From IMG/VR virus record IMGVR_UViG_3300044675_005263, positions 1-64,000 of that record: a stretch of DNA of 64,000 nt. The stretch is one strand, 5' to 3'. Shown one piece after another: positions 11,301 to 23,000 of this stretch (its first letter is position 1; each line of letters starts with the position of its first letter). A model generated the notes under the pieces. The model saw only the letters and a program-made list of their open reading frames with translations. It had not been told where the DNA came from and ran no database searches. The DNA is from a virus. A program made the position numbers and the translations under genes.

Positions 11301-13054
11301 TCTCCCTTTTTATCTAGGAAAGGACTCTTTGCTCCTTTTGCATCTGTGTAAGGATCTAGCAGTGGATTACGGGCTCTTCTATATTCTGGACCTGATTCAA
11401 GCCACTTTTTAAGAATAGGAATGTTGTAAGCATTTACTGCTTTTCTAGGCATATCAGAAGGACTAGTTTTTGAATAATATTTTTCTAAAGGATTTGCACT
11501 TCTAGCAGCAGGACCAGACATATCTACACCACTTGGCTTCGCTGCAACATCTGGAGAAAGTCTTTGATCAGATACCCAAGATGGATAATCAGTAAGTACT
11601 TTACTTAAACTTTGAGCATTAAGTGGAGGTAAAGTTCCTGGCATACGAATTGGAGAATCCATAGGAGTGCGAGGCTCTCCAAGAATTCCGTTTGTATCTA
11701 ACTCGCCTTCAGCAAAGCCTTGAGGAATTGGGGTGTAAGTCTCTAGCGGCTCTGTGAGCTTTGCGTTGACATCAATAAGGTTTCCATTATCAAGTTCTAC
11801 TTTGACATTTCCTGTTACGTTATCAATAGAACGAATATTTCCTTGATAGTTAGGACGACCACCGATGATTACTCGGCCACCCATCTTTGCAAATTTTCCT
11901 GATTTATCACGAAGTTGAGCGGAAGCTTTTTCAGATAGAAAAGCAGGGTCTAACTTTCCATCTCCATCTTTATCTGCCTTAGAGCCAGAAGTTGGAGCTT
12001 CTCCTGCTGCAGTAAGTGAGTCATCCATATCCCACATAGACGCTTCTTCGTCAAACATAATAATTTCATCCATAAGCTCATAGTCCAGTTCTGGCTGAGC
12101 ATCAATAACCATCTTGTATTCTTCTGGTTGAATCTTGTCAACCCTGTGAGCAATCAAAGGCTCGTTGTCTAGAAGCGCTGCAATAAGAAGAGCAGTTTCT
12201 GTGTCAACTGGCATATGAGTTTTAAGGACAACATCGTCAATGTCATCAAGCATCTTGTCGTAGCTACTGTGGTCGTTTTCTGGGTTACCCATATCGTCCC
12301 AGTTGCCGTCATCCCACACATACATCAAACCGTCTGGCTCGATGCGATATAGACGGTCAATGCCAGATCCATCCATACGGATGCGAACAAAAAATTCAAT
12401 TACATTGTCTTCAGGCATACTCTTGGAAGTGATAAAAGAATCATAGTCAACTGCTTTAGGCATTTCATGCTCGTATGACTCATAGCCATAAGCAATCATT
12501 GCGTTTGACTTAGCTTTTTTATTCTCACGTTCTACGATTGCTGATGCCCAACGCTCTGCGGCATCTCCACCCCAAAGCGCCCAAGCGATTCGGCCATTTG
12601 ATGGATAATTCTTTTGTCCCGGCTTGTAACCAGTTCCTTTTTTATCTACTTGATGACGTGGGAAGTATTTTGCAATATGACGAACCTTGCGAATACCGAT
12701 TTGTCCACCACGAGCAAGTGTGCGAGCAGTGTTAAGACCGACTGAAGTTCCGCCACGGTTCTCTTCCTTACGCCAAGCAAGTCCACGCTTTGCCTCTGCA
12801 ATAACAGAGTCTGGAATTGTATACATGCGGTCATTATTTGAAAATACCTTGATATCAAGAGATGTTAAAGCAGCAGCAGCAAGTTCTACCGATGCGCCTG
12901 TAGGACGATCACCCTTGGAATCCCATTGAAATGAAGCAATAAGAGGTTCTTTAATATCTAAAGCAGCAACAATGTTCTGAGAGTCGTCTACAACAACACC
13001 CTTATCGTCCGAGACAAAAAGGACTCTAGTTCCGTTACGACCGATGAACTCCAT
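8306..13054 (-). CDS. Multidomain capsid maturation protease
   Basis: Central EGMESGDGR..LPLPLLWQ..GHDGSVVVG..RGVSADLD..VPKPAF protease domain; GRVFGHIAAW..PSGDWR..VNVPGFP domain; several small fused head-associated modules; upstream of capsid. Confidence 0.8.
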   Translation of the reverse strand: MEFIGRNGTRVLFVSDDKGVVVDDSQNIVAALDIKEPLIASFQWDSKGDRPTGASVELAAAALTSLDIKVFSNNDRMYTIPDSVIAEAKRGLAWRKEENRGGTSVGLNTARTLARGGQIGIRKVRHIAKYFPRHQVDKKGTGYKPGQKNYPSNGRIAWALWGGDAAERWASAIVERENKKAKSNAMIAYGYESYEHEMPKAVDYDSFITSKSMPEDNVIEFFVRIRMDGSGIDRLYRIEPDGLMYVWDDGNWDDMGNPENDHSSYDKMLDDIDDVVLKTHMPVDTETALLIAALLDNEPLIAHRVDKIQPEEYKMVIDAQPELDYELMDEIIMFDEEASMWDMDDSLTAAGEAPTSGSKADKDGDGKLDPAFLSEKASAQLRDKSGKFAKMGGRVIIGGRPNYQGNIRSIDNVTGNVKVELDNGNLIDVNAKLTEPLETYTPIPQGFAEGELDTNGILGEPRTPMDSPIRMPGTLPPLNAQSLSKVLTDYPSWVSDQRLSPDVAAKPSGVDMSGPAARSANPLEKYYSKTSPSDMPRKAVNAYNIPILKKWLESGPEYRRARNPLLDPYTDAKGAKSPFLDKKGDPLKASAEKPVQVTPMTSDVPVIHMAVVSPDDPQAVMDLVALVPTTDSSTEPTTFTRKDGKWIPEPQILSDLRSATPPPVVVLDDTNLVDVLEQVDGKKAVTAAGGADRNRGQAEKLRRYWTYGKGAAKIRWRTPGDWTRCYKQLAKYMGPRAKGYCALRHKEMNGYWPGDRKNQETSNFSVNTMHSYDQLLSTFAMKAKAADARSRVLIAGAYETSETAKTQGAEFVIPLVIPEGMESGDGRIMRKGALDMRELPLPLLWQIKTGEGHDGSVVVGQIVSMERTDDGIGNARGHFDTGEYGKEAERLVRGGFIRGVSADLDQFEADDERKEDENGSDTKVEAGKITITKARVMAVTIVPKPAFQECTIQLADQASVEEDEVNIPDGVYVEGVNALEASALVACGMIAGAIPVNPPTEWFNDPQLKGPTPLTVDDDGRVFGHIAAWHVDHIGMTAGTKPPRSRSKYAYFHTGVVRTDNGTDVPVGQLTLAGGHAGLEASAAEAVRHYDDTASAIADVHAGEDAYGIWVAGSVRPGSSPEQIRALRASAPSGDWRPIKNSLELVAVCQVNVPGFPIARARVASGQVMALVAAGASTLAMLKSDPLAELNARIADLEGDKKMALVASANDVRARFETNRMEVLAAKKLELAAKVKKVKEDADQDVDYMIQMLDDDPENEMAVISRRVRERLAKEGKALNDGSFPIRNAGDLRNAIRAYGRAKPGNRGKVKRHIMKRAIGLGKEELIPENWKGAASNLDEIVASMKARTEEFGTRLGAEFATNSEALFAEQITDEIVDLSPEEIQALKEEAKAREEGRATDGEAPPERDADGRVKYTAETQPRDATGKFRTVLARIKQDLGTSGLQNVLDKVKEAENFDSTGDYAGAAKAATDLIGIIDRLDSGALNAESLENVRNSAGELGKVIANLPFAFGEEAQKIRFSDVPPALRDLMEDMITKVEAKIGKEDADIATAELKQFISGSELYNQSEISSQMAKLLRLLT

Positions 13055-13776
13055 TATGCTTTTCCTGACTCCTCAGTTACTGGTCCGCCAGCTACCCATG
13101 CGTCGCATGTTCTAGAAGCTGCACATTTAAAGTCGAATGCTTCACAATACCCTAGATCGCCAGCCTCGATTGAGCCCCAAGCATCATTTCCAGCCTCGTT
13201 TCCAAGTCCAGAAGCAATACAGTCAAGCATTTTTGGTGTTTGAATGAATACAGCGCAGTTTCCACACAGGGATTTCTTTGCATCTTCAACTGGGACAGTC
13301 CAGCGGTCTGCCTTTGCTTGCCAAAACGCATTGTTTGGAAGTGCTGGATTCATTGGGCCATAACCAGCCGTTTTGATAGCACCTTCTCTGTTTTTTAAGT
13401 TGACTGCGATATCTGATGTAGCAGGGGGGCATCCTTCAGATGTCTCAACTGCGGCAGTCATAGACTTACCACTCTCTTCAAAAGAATATACAACTTCATA
13501 GTCTTTTACTTGATCATATTTAAGGTAGACATTTGATTTTTGAGCAGTATCGAACATATCAGTAACTACTTTGTAGTCGGCAGGAAGAATGTCCATAATT
13601 GAAAGGTTTTCAAGACTTGTGTCTTCAGGAGATAGAGCAAGCCATTCGCCATCTACTCTAGTGTAAGTTCCAAATCGCTCTGTTTGAAAAACTGCTTGAT
13701 ACACAACGTTTTCACCGTTTGCATAGATTAAGGACATACCTTCTACAGGATAGGTCTTTGCGTTAGAGAGTCTCAT
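13054..13776 (-). CDS. Head-associated protein with C-terminal Cys cluster
   Basis: CGNC...YCEAFDFKCAASRTCDAW; coupled to the protease gene. Confidence 0.7.
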   Translation of the reverse strand: MRLSNAKTYPVEGMSLIYANGENVVYQAVFQTERFGTYTRVDGEWLALSPEDTSLENLSIMDILPADYKVVTDMFDTAQKSNVYLKYDQVKDYEVVYSFEESGKSMTAAVETSEGCPPATSDIAVNLKNREGAIKTAGYGPMNPALPNNAFWQAKADRWTVPVEDAKKSLCGNCAVFIQTPKMLDCIASGLGNEAGNDAWGSIEAGDLGYCEAFDFKCAASRTCDAWVAGGPVTEESGKA

Positions 13777-13898
13777 AGCTTTTCCTCATCCTCAGGCTCG
13801 TATGAGTCAGCATTAGGATCAACCTCTGCTAGCTCGATAATCTTGCGATAAGCAGCAACAACAGCTTCGTTGTACTTTTCTTTATCTGACTTAGCCAT
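13773..13898 (-). CDS. Small acidic protein (41 aa)
   Basis: MAKSDKEKYNEAVVAAYRKIIELAEVDPNADSYEPEDEEKL; ATGA overlap with next gene. Confidence 0.6.
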   Translation of the reverse strand: MAKSDKEKYNEAVVAAYRKIIELAEVDPNADSYEPEDEEKL

Positions 13899-13900
13899 TA

Positions 13901-14014
13901 TTATACCGTCTCCTCTAGGTCTTCGTCTTCTTCAGGGATAGGTTCTTCAGAAGGCTCTGGGTTGTAGTCAGGACCTAAAGGATCCACAATTTCATACTCA
14001 AAATCATCCGACAT
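13901..14014 (-). CDS. Small very acidic protein (37 aa)
   Basis: MSDDFEYEIVDPLGPDYNPEPSEEPIPEEDEDLEETV; overlaps end of the giant ORF and fills the gap. Confidence 0.5.
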   Translation of the reverse strand: MSDDFEYEIVDPLGPDYNPEPSEEPIPEEDEDLEETV

Positions 14015-17000
14015 TTAGATTTGCCTTTCTGTAAGATTCTTTAAGACCTTCTGCAGCTTCACGACCAAGTACTTTATCAGTGATATAGATATAATTCATT
14101 CTATATTCTACCCCATGAGCATCCATTCCCTCTGCCACGCTAATTGCTGTAGCAAAATGAGCGATTTCGTGAAGAATAGATGGTTCGTTTCTTGATAAAA
14201 GGCTGTTAATTTTTAATGTTGAAAAAAATACACCGTCTTTAAAACCATAACTATATTTACCACCTGCTTTTTTACTAGTGATCAAACTGACTGGAGGTCT
14301 TCCCATTCGTCCTCCGTCACCAAAGGCTTCTACAAACCAATCGGCGGTGATTATATCTTCTACATAGTTTTTAACACCTTTTGCAGATCCGTTTAGATGT
14401 TTTTCTCCCAATGGAGATTCAACATATCTTGACATTTCTCGATATGCATCATCGTAATCTTTAGAGTATTTTTTAAAAGCTGCTTTATAAGAGTCTGAAT
14501 CTGAGAAATCTGCACGTTTAGGGGCAACAGGTGGTTTAAAAGGTCTTTGTTGTTGAGGGGTCCATACTTCTTCTGCAGCATATACTTTTTTAATGTCTAG
14601 ATCACTCTGGGCTACCTGTAAGCTATATACTTCTCTAGGGCTAAGACTGTGCCCACCTTTTACGCCAGCAGGTTTTATATCATCTTCTGCAATCTCTTCT
14701 CCAGTTCTACCCTGCTCTCCTACATTTGGCTCTGGAGTTGATTCTGGCTTTAATCCTGCATCTTCTGCAATCTGATCGCCTGTCTTACCTTCGCTACCAA
14801 CACCTTCGCCAACAGGTTCAGTAGGATTTCCTTCTTCATCAACCTTTGCTGGCTCTTCTTGCTTGCCTAGCATGTGATCTACAGCCTTTTGTGCTTGCTT
14901 GGCTGCTTTGATAATCATTGTTGGATCATTCTTAAGAGCCCTAAGCCATGACTGTGCATATGCAGTTATGTTGCCAAAATCAATCTCAACGCCAAGGCGT
15001 CCTGCAACAATTGCAACAGAAATCTCTGCAATAAGTTCTTCTTCTCCACGGCTGGCTTTGTGATTTCCATAGTTTTCTAATAGCTCTGTGCGATTTACAC
15101 GAGATGGGTGTCCTGTGCTGTGTGCAAGTTCGTGAACTAGTGTCTCAAAAAGATCTTGCTCTGAACCAAACTGCTCACGGAGAGGTAGATAAATATTGTC
15201 ATTTATTGGCATGTAATAAGCGCTATCTTGACGCCCGTAATTAATTTTTGGATGATCTTTGAATGTTTCTAAAAGAATTCTCTCTGCATCACTTACTGGT
15301 ATTGGATCAGGAGTAACAAGAGGTGGAAGATCTAACCCCTCTGCTTGCTCTACGTTGAATACGTTAATAATCTTTGGCGGTGTGTAGATAAACACATCTT
15401 TAGTGGTTCCATCTGGCTGGTCTACTTGCTTAAACTTTGGAGCCCAGTGGATGATTGAAGTTGCCTTCTCGCCACGCTTAATATTTCCGCCAAGCTTTTC
15501 TGCTTGCTTGTATGTGAGCCAGCGGTTATCTACCCAGCCATTTGCTTGCTGAGCAGCCCAGAGGCTAATAACATTTGAACCTTCGTATACTTTACCAGTC
15601 GCAACACTAGTTGGAAGAAAACCTGCGCCAGTCCAAGGCTTACGCCAAGGAACATTTCCATTCTCAAGAGATGCAATAATTGCATCTGCAATCCTCTGAG
15701 TTGCTGGATCAATTTTCTTTGCAGTTTCTTGTACTTCATTATCAAACTCTTCTGGTGTTACAGGAGTTGGATCTGTCTCAATATTAGACATTGCTTCTAT
15801 AGTAGATGAAGAAGGGGTTACTTGCTCATCTTCTTCAGATGTGTGGTCATACACCCATGTCAAAGGACCTAGGTAGATTTCTTTCTTAGCACGAGTCACT
15901 GCAACATATGCAAGACGAAGCTCTTCTGGTGCTGGTAGCTCTTTATCGACACTGCCTTTAACGTCTTTTGGACCCCAAAAGTCGTCATATATACGAACTG
16001 AATCGTATTCAGCACCCTTTGATTGGTGTGCTGTAGTAATTACTACATCTGCCTTTACTGGTTCAATTACGCCTTCAAGAATCTTTTTAAGTTGATTAAG
16101 TTTGTCAACCTTTTTAAGGTCATCTTCGATTGTAAGACGACGATCTTTTGCCCAATTACCATCTTTATCTTTTCTTGCCTTGAACCCTGCTTCTTTAAGT
16201 TTTTCATTGTTATACTTAAAGAATCCAGTAAGAACAATATCATTGCCTTCAATTTTGTATGTGACAGAACTATCTATTTTTCCAGTAGAGCCGTCTTCTA
16301 CTTTGTCTAAGGTAAGAGGCTTGTATTTTGCAAGAGCAGCTTTGCTTTCTGCAGTTTCTTCACGCTCTACAACAACACGACCTAAAATATCACGAAGGTT
16401 CTGTATACCGTTTTGATTTATTAAATCATAAAGAGATTTAACTTCACGGGCTTTTCCATCTTTTATTAAAAGTCCAATCTCTTCCCAAGAGTCATACATA
16501 CCAAGTTCTGCATTATATTTTGATGGCTTTGAGTCTTTCTTTTTGCCATTCATAATCCAAGTAGCTGTTTCAATAGCCTCTTCAAGTCGTGTCTTGGTTG
16601 ATTGACTAATTCCAACAGTCTTGTTTTGATCTAAATACTCGATCATTGCTTTAAATGCACCACCATTGGTGCGAACAAGTACTGCATCTGGATCAGGCAT
16701 ATCTGCAAGATCTTCTACAATTTTTCCTTCGTTTTTACTTAATCCAATAACTTTTTCTGGCTTTCCAGCAACAGCAAGGAAACGGTTAGCAACTGCAGCA
16801 ATATTTGGACCAAAGCGGAATGACTCTGTAAGTTGGAGTTTTTCTGCTCCTTCGAGAGTGTCCAACTGATCTTTTGCTCCACGCCATCCGTAGATAGATT
16901 GATTGCCATCTCCAACAAATACCTTTTGAATAGGCTGTTTACGAACCCAGTCACCAGCAACATCGTTAATGTCCTGAGCCTCATCGAAGAAGATAATATC

Positions 17001-20000
17001 TGCTGCAGGTATTACTTTGTCTGGATTTGTAGTTTCTGAGTCTGGAGACATCGTCACATCAATGCCGTTAAGCTGTACATACTTTTCTGGATAAGACTGG
17101 TTCATTGTTAGCTTACCCTTAGGGCTTGAAATATCATCCCACCAGCGGTTTGCGTAATCAATGAATACTTCAGGAATGTCTACAAAGTTATCTGTGAAGT
17201 GCTTAGGCATAATCTTTTCGTCCGCACTTTGTGCAAACGCTGTAACAGCATCACGAACTGATTTAACAACTTCTCTACTTGAAAGAGTTGCATTTACCTT
17301 TTCGCCATCTTTTTTAATTTCTACAACCTTGACAGGTCCAATCCCAAGATGATCTGCGACATCTGATGGAAGTCCAATGGAGTCCTTCTTAAAGCTACGC
17401 TGTTGCATCCAAGTTGGTGCATGGTGCCAAGCAACTTGTGTATTGGTTCTTGCAATCATATTTGATGGACGATCTGGATCTGCGTTGAGTTCTGCAGCTA
17501 CAGCTTTACCAAATGCAATATAAAGAATAGTTTTATCTGGATACTTTTCTGCAACAGCCCTTGCAGCCATCTTCAGTGTGCTGGTTTTACCTGTTCCAGC
17601 AAGAGCTTGAACAATTACATCCTTGCCATCGACTACAGCATCTATTACTGCTTGCTGTTGTTTAGTTGGCTTAATTATTTTTGGCTCAAGGGGAGATAGA
17701 GCTGAAATAAACTCGGGGTCTGGACCTTCATCTGGGCTACCAGTAAGTTCTTCTGGAAACTCTTGGTTCAGTGAGATCATTCCCATTTTTTCTAGATTAG
17801 GGTTTTCTCCCAGAGGGAAAGTAACTTTATCTTTATTCTCAACCGCTGTGTATAGGTCTGGAGATACAACACTAAACATCCAGTTAGGAGCAGCTGGGTT
17901 ATCGTTGTAAATAATAGTCCCATCTGACTTAATAATTGCATCAGTGTTGTTAGGACCTGACATTACAAGAATGTCGCCTTCTTCTTTGCCATACTTTTTA
18001 ACATCATCTTTAGTTGGTTTTAAGAAGGTATATTCTCTTCTTAGAGGTTCTCCAGTTGATAGATTAGGCATAAAGGCTATGAAAGATCTTCTATGTCCTT
18101 TTCCGTAAACAGAAATACTATTTACTGCTTCTGTAAGCTCTTTTAATGCTTCAGGACTTACCTTGCGGTAGTTAAGATCAAGAGCGTACTTCATTCTCTT
18201 TTCTTCGTTTTCTTTCCAAGCTTTGGTTCTTGCTTCTCTATCTACAACTTCAGACGCTTCTGGGGTTTCAAGAGTTGAATATATTTCTTCTAAAGATTTT
18301 GGAGTAGTGTTAGGGTTTACTGGCTCTCCAGTGCTAGGAGGGGTTGGATCTTTAAAGAAACCGCCACCATCATCAGGATTGATAATTTCTAGTGCACCAG
18401 CTGAAATGTTTTCACGCTTTGCAGCATCATCAAACTTAACCTTGACATAATTCTTATATCCTCTAGTGCCATAAGAACCAATAAATGCTTTAACCTCACC
18501 CATACGGCCTGTCTTAACGCCACGAACTCTGTCGCCAACCTTAAGAGGAACACCGCTAGCTGAAAGATGGAACATAGAACCATCAGTGCGATCTTCAAGA
18601 ACCAATGACTTAACTGTGTCATCAACTGGGAGACCCTTAATTGCTTCTTCAGACGATGCATCTGTTTTAGAACCAGAGGTGATTGTCTTAATTGCTTCGC
18701 CAACAACGCTCTGTAGTTCATCAGTAGTTACTGTCTTAGATCCCTTAGGTGTTGAAACCTTTGGCTTAACTGTTGGTACTGGATCTATAGCTACAGGCTT
18801 TTCTATAAGCTTTCTAATCTCTGCAGGTGTCTTACCAGCAAGTTCGTTGCGACGACGCAGTGTTCCCTTAAGGGTTTCTCCGTTAGCCCAACCAATTCCT
18901 GGAGAGTTCTTCTTTGTAACTCGTGTGCTGTAGAGATTTCCAGATGCAACAATCTTGCGAACAACAATAGTTCCGTTTGGATCTTCTGGATCTTGAAGAA
19001 GATCTATAACTTCGTGGTATCCGCCATCTTTAGCTGGTACAAAGTCACCAATTCTAATGTCTTGTACTTTTGCATTACCTTCATCAACAATAAATGTATT
19101 TTCATCGTCTTCAATCCAACTATTGGTAATTGTTCCACCAAAAATTGATTCGAACTGATGCTCGTCAGCAGATTCTGTGCTTCCGTCTGGACCGAATGAT
19201 GATTCTGGCTTTTCGGTAAGTGACTCGGCATCTGTTGGTACTGGCTTACCTGCCAATCCATCCTTGAGTGCAGCTGCAGCAGCAAGATCTGTTTCTTGCT
19301 TCTTCCAATCTGCCATATCTCGTAGCCACTTAGCACGCTGAGCGTTAAACTCTGACATACGATCTTCAGGACTAAATTGTGGATTATCTGGTTGAGCATC
19401 TTTAAGAAGCTTTTCAAGAATTTCTGGTAGGACTTCAGAGTCTGATGCAGCGTTATGCCAGAATAAAGGATCCTTTTCAATACCGTATCTCTTTGCAACT
19501 GCCTCTAAGTCGTTGTATCTATTACCAAAGGTGCGTGCAAGCTCTAAAGTATCAATTACTCCACTAAAGTTGTAATCAATACCAAGCTTCTGCGCCCACT
19601 TTTCAAAAGTATTAGTGTCAAACTCAGCGTTATGTGCAATAAGAATTGCATCTTTACCTAGCAACTCTGCAAACTTACGAAGCTGCTCTTCAAGACCAGG
19701 CTGAGTAGCTAGAAAAGCATCATCTACCTTTGTTCCATTATTGTCGATAACTCTTTCAGGGTTTAGAGCTCTATTGCCATCCTTATCTAGATATGGCTTC
19801 TTATTCTTTCCCTTACCTTGTGAGTAGTAGTAGTCGTCAAGAGGAACTCCTGGATTTATAAATAGATTTATCTCGTCTACTTTTTCGCCGTTTTCAAATA
19901 CAGCTGCTGCTACTTGAATTGGTTGGTCTGGATTGTCTGAGTCGAAGCCTTTTCCAATAGTTTCAAAGTCAAAGTAGACAACTCTCTTACCCTTAAGGGC

Positions 20001-23000
20001 TTCCCAGATAGCTGCGCCATCCTTAAGCTTTGCCAACTCTGCTGCGGAACCAATGAATGCTGGACGATTGCCCTTATCCCAATCTGAAGGACGGTTTACA
20101 GAAACCTTAGGGATTTCTACAGCTTCAAGATTTGGAGTGTAACCCTTTGAAGCTTCTTTTCTTAGTGCTGCAATTTCTGCGTTCTTGTCTTTGTAAGCTT
20201 GACCCTTCAAAGTTCCTGGTGCAATGCTTTCAATTCCTGGCTTATCGCCCTTAGCTGGAATGTTTGCTGGGTCTTCACCACGCAGGACGTCTATACCTGT
20301 CCCAACCTTCCAAGCCTTAACTTGTGATTCGTGTCCTGGATAGTATCCACGGATTTGAACTTTCTCTTCAGCTGGCTTTCCATCTGCACGATCAACCATA
20401 ACTGTGCCTGGAAGAACTTCTTCAATAACAAAAAACTCGCCTAACTCGTCGCCATCTTTTTTAAATGCAATGTCGCCTGGTTTTAAATCTTTTCCAACTG
20501 CATTTACAACGTGAAGAGTGTTTGCGGGGGTAAATGCTGGCTCTGTCTTTTCAACCTCTGGAGGTTGCCATGTAGCCTTACGACGCTCTAGCTCTTCTTT
20601 ATATTCTGCTAGTTTTGCCTCGTAGTCTGCTTTATCAGCTGGATTTTTAAAGTCCCAAACGTTGTTACCCTTTGAATCTACTCCTACTGGCTCTATAGCT
20701 CCAGATTCTTTCATATCTGGCTTGCTAAGTTCTTCGAGATCTCCCTTTGCTGGAGGTGTAGCTCCACGATAAATATCAAAAGTAATATCGTCTGCCCAAA
20801 GCTTTGTTCTTTGTTCCTTTGATCCTGGGTAGTATCCAGTAATCCAAGAAGAAGGTACGGATACTCCGTCTCTTCTCTTTGTAAACCCTGGTTCAATTTT
20901 AGTAATTGTGAAATAGTCATCAGCAGTTACATCGCCTGGTTGTAGCTCTGATGTGAGAGCAGAAATTTTTCTTGCTTCTACAAGCTTAGATTTAACTTTT
21001 GGGTCTCTTACTTCTGGAGTAGTAGGAGCTTCTTCTACAACTTCAGGAGTTGCAGTAGTCGTAGGAGTAGGCTCTTCTTTTTTCTTAGCCTTCTCATCTT
21101 CTTCTAGGAGCTTGTCTTCACGCTCACGCTTTTTGCGCTCCTTGATTTCTTTAACTCGACGTTTTCTGTACTCTTCTGCAGCTTCTTCAGGAGTTAGAAC
21201 TGTAGGAGGAGCTACACGAGGAGCTAGTTCCTCTGCAAGACGAGCATCCATTTCGTCATAGTAGTTGTTAACCATTGCAATAAGTTCTTCATCAGAAAGA
21301 CTCTTTAATTCTTTTCTATATTCGCTCATTGCTCGTTGGATATATGGACTTTCCATACGACGTAGGCCATAACCCCACTTCTGCACCATTAATTTACTAA
21401 TCATGTCACGTCTAGAACCGAAAGGACCAACGCTTTCGTCGTCTAATAGTTTACGCTTTAATTTATCAATAAGCTCTGGAAGAGTTAGCTTAGGTCCTTC
21501 TCCAGTCATTGCATCGTCTATTGCTTCTTGGATTACAGTTTCTTCTGAAACTGGCTCTCTATTTGTAACAGCATCAACACTAAAATCACTCTTAAGCTTT
21601 TCTAGGTCGTTTCTACCCTTTTCAATTATGTCTAGGCGAATAGCTTGCTCTTCGGAGTCTAGATTTTCTTCAGATAGATTTAATTTAGCGCCTTCAACTT
21701 TAAACTTTATATCTTTAAAGTCTTTGTAATACTTTGAAACATCACCTATAAGCTTCTCTGCTTTAGCTAGTTTTTCTTGTAGCTCAGCAATTTCTTCTGC
21801 TGGAGCAGTGCTATTAATAGCAAGCTCGATATTAGTTTTTTCTGTCTCTAGTGCCTTTAAAACATCTGCAACTCTTTTTTCAAATTTTTTATCAGACTCT
21901 TCGAAGTCCCCTACAAGATTACTCTTTCTACGGAATAGGTCACCTAAAGCATCTTGATCAAGAGTGCCTTCTGGATTATCCTTAATAACCCTTGATATTT
22001 CAGCATCTATCTCTGATACTCGATCCTCAATAGCTTTGTTGTCTGGTTCGACAGATACTTTAGCTTCTTCTTCTTTTTCTTTTAATAACTCGTCTTCTTC
22101 TAGTAATTGAGCTTCAAATTTTGCCTGATCAGCTACTAGTCGATCAAGGTTTGCTTCTAGCTCAGCTACTCTATCCTTGTCTCCATTAATTCTTGCGAGA
22201 GCAAGTTCTCTATTTGCATAGACAACACCGCTTGCATAATATTGACCAGGAGATAGGTCTCTATTCAGTTGATCACGAAGTTCTTGAGTAATTTCACTTA
22301 CTTTTGGCATATCTTCTTTACGGATATCTCCCATATTGGAGTCAAGCCACTCTGCTACTGCCCTTAGTTCCGGGCTTCCGTAGTAGTCATTAATTTCTTC
22401 TTCAAAGCCCTTATTAAACCAGCCGTCTGATCCAATTCCAAATATTGGATACCATTTTCCGACAGGAACATTCTTTTTTCCGCCTTTACCTGAACTGATA
22501 TAGAACGGTATGCGTACTCCATTGACGTTGATTAAAACCATAGGGCGACCACGAAGATTAAAGACTGGTGTCTCAATCTCTTGTCCATCTGGGCCAGTAA
22601 CCTTAATCATCTGGATGCCATCACGCTTTAAAATTTTATCGTTAAGTGAGGATGGCTCGGAAGGTGTTGGTGTTTCTGGCTGAGCAACATCTTCTACAGG
22701 TGTAGTGTCTTCAGGAGTTTCTGGTTTGGCAGTGTCTTCTGCTTGCTTTCCAGAATTTTTGTTATAGAAATCAAGTGCATCTTCAAAAGACTTAAATGAA
22801 TCTGGTGAGTCAAAGTCAGCGATTACTGACCAGTATGGCTCTGCACTTCCATCTTTACTATATGTTCCAACAATTCTGTCGCCGTTCTCGTTTTCAACAG
22901 CTTGCATGAAATAAACTTCGTTATACCCACGCTCTTCATCTTCTACCCAGCCGTCAGGTAGAGTCTCTGGTAGAGGTAAGAACTTGCCAAACTCTTCATC

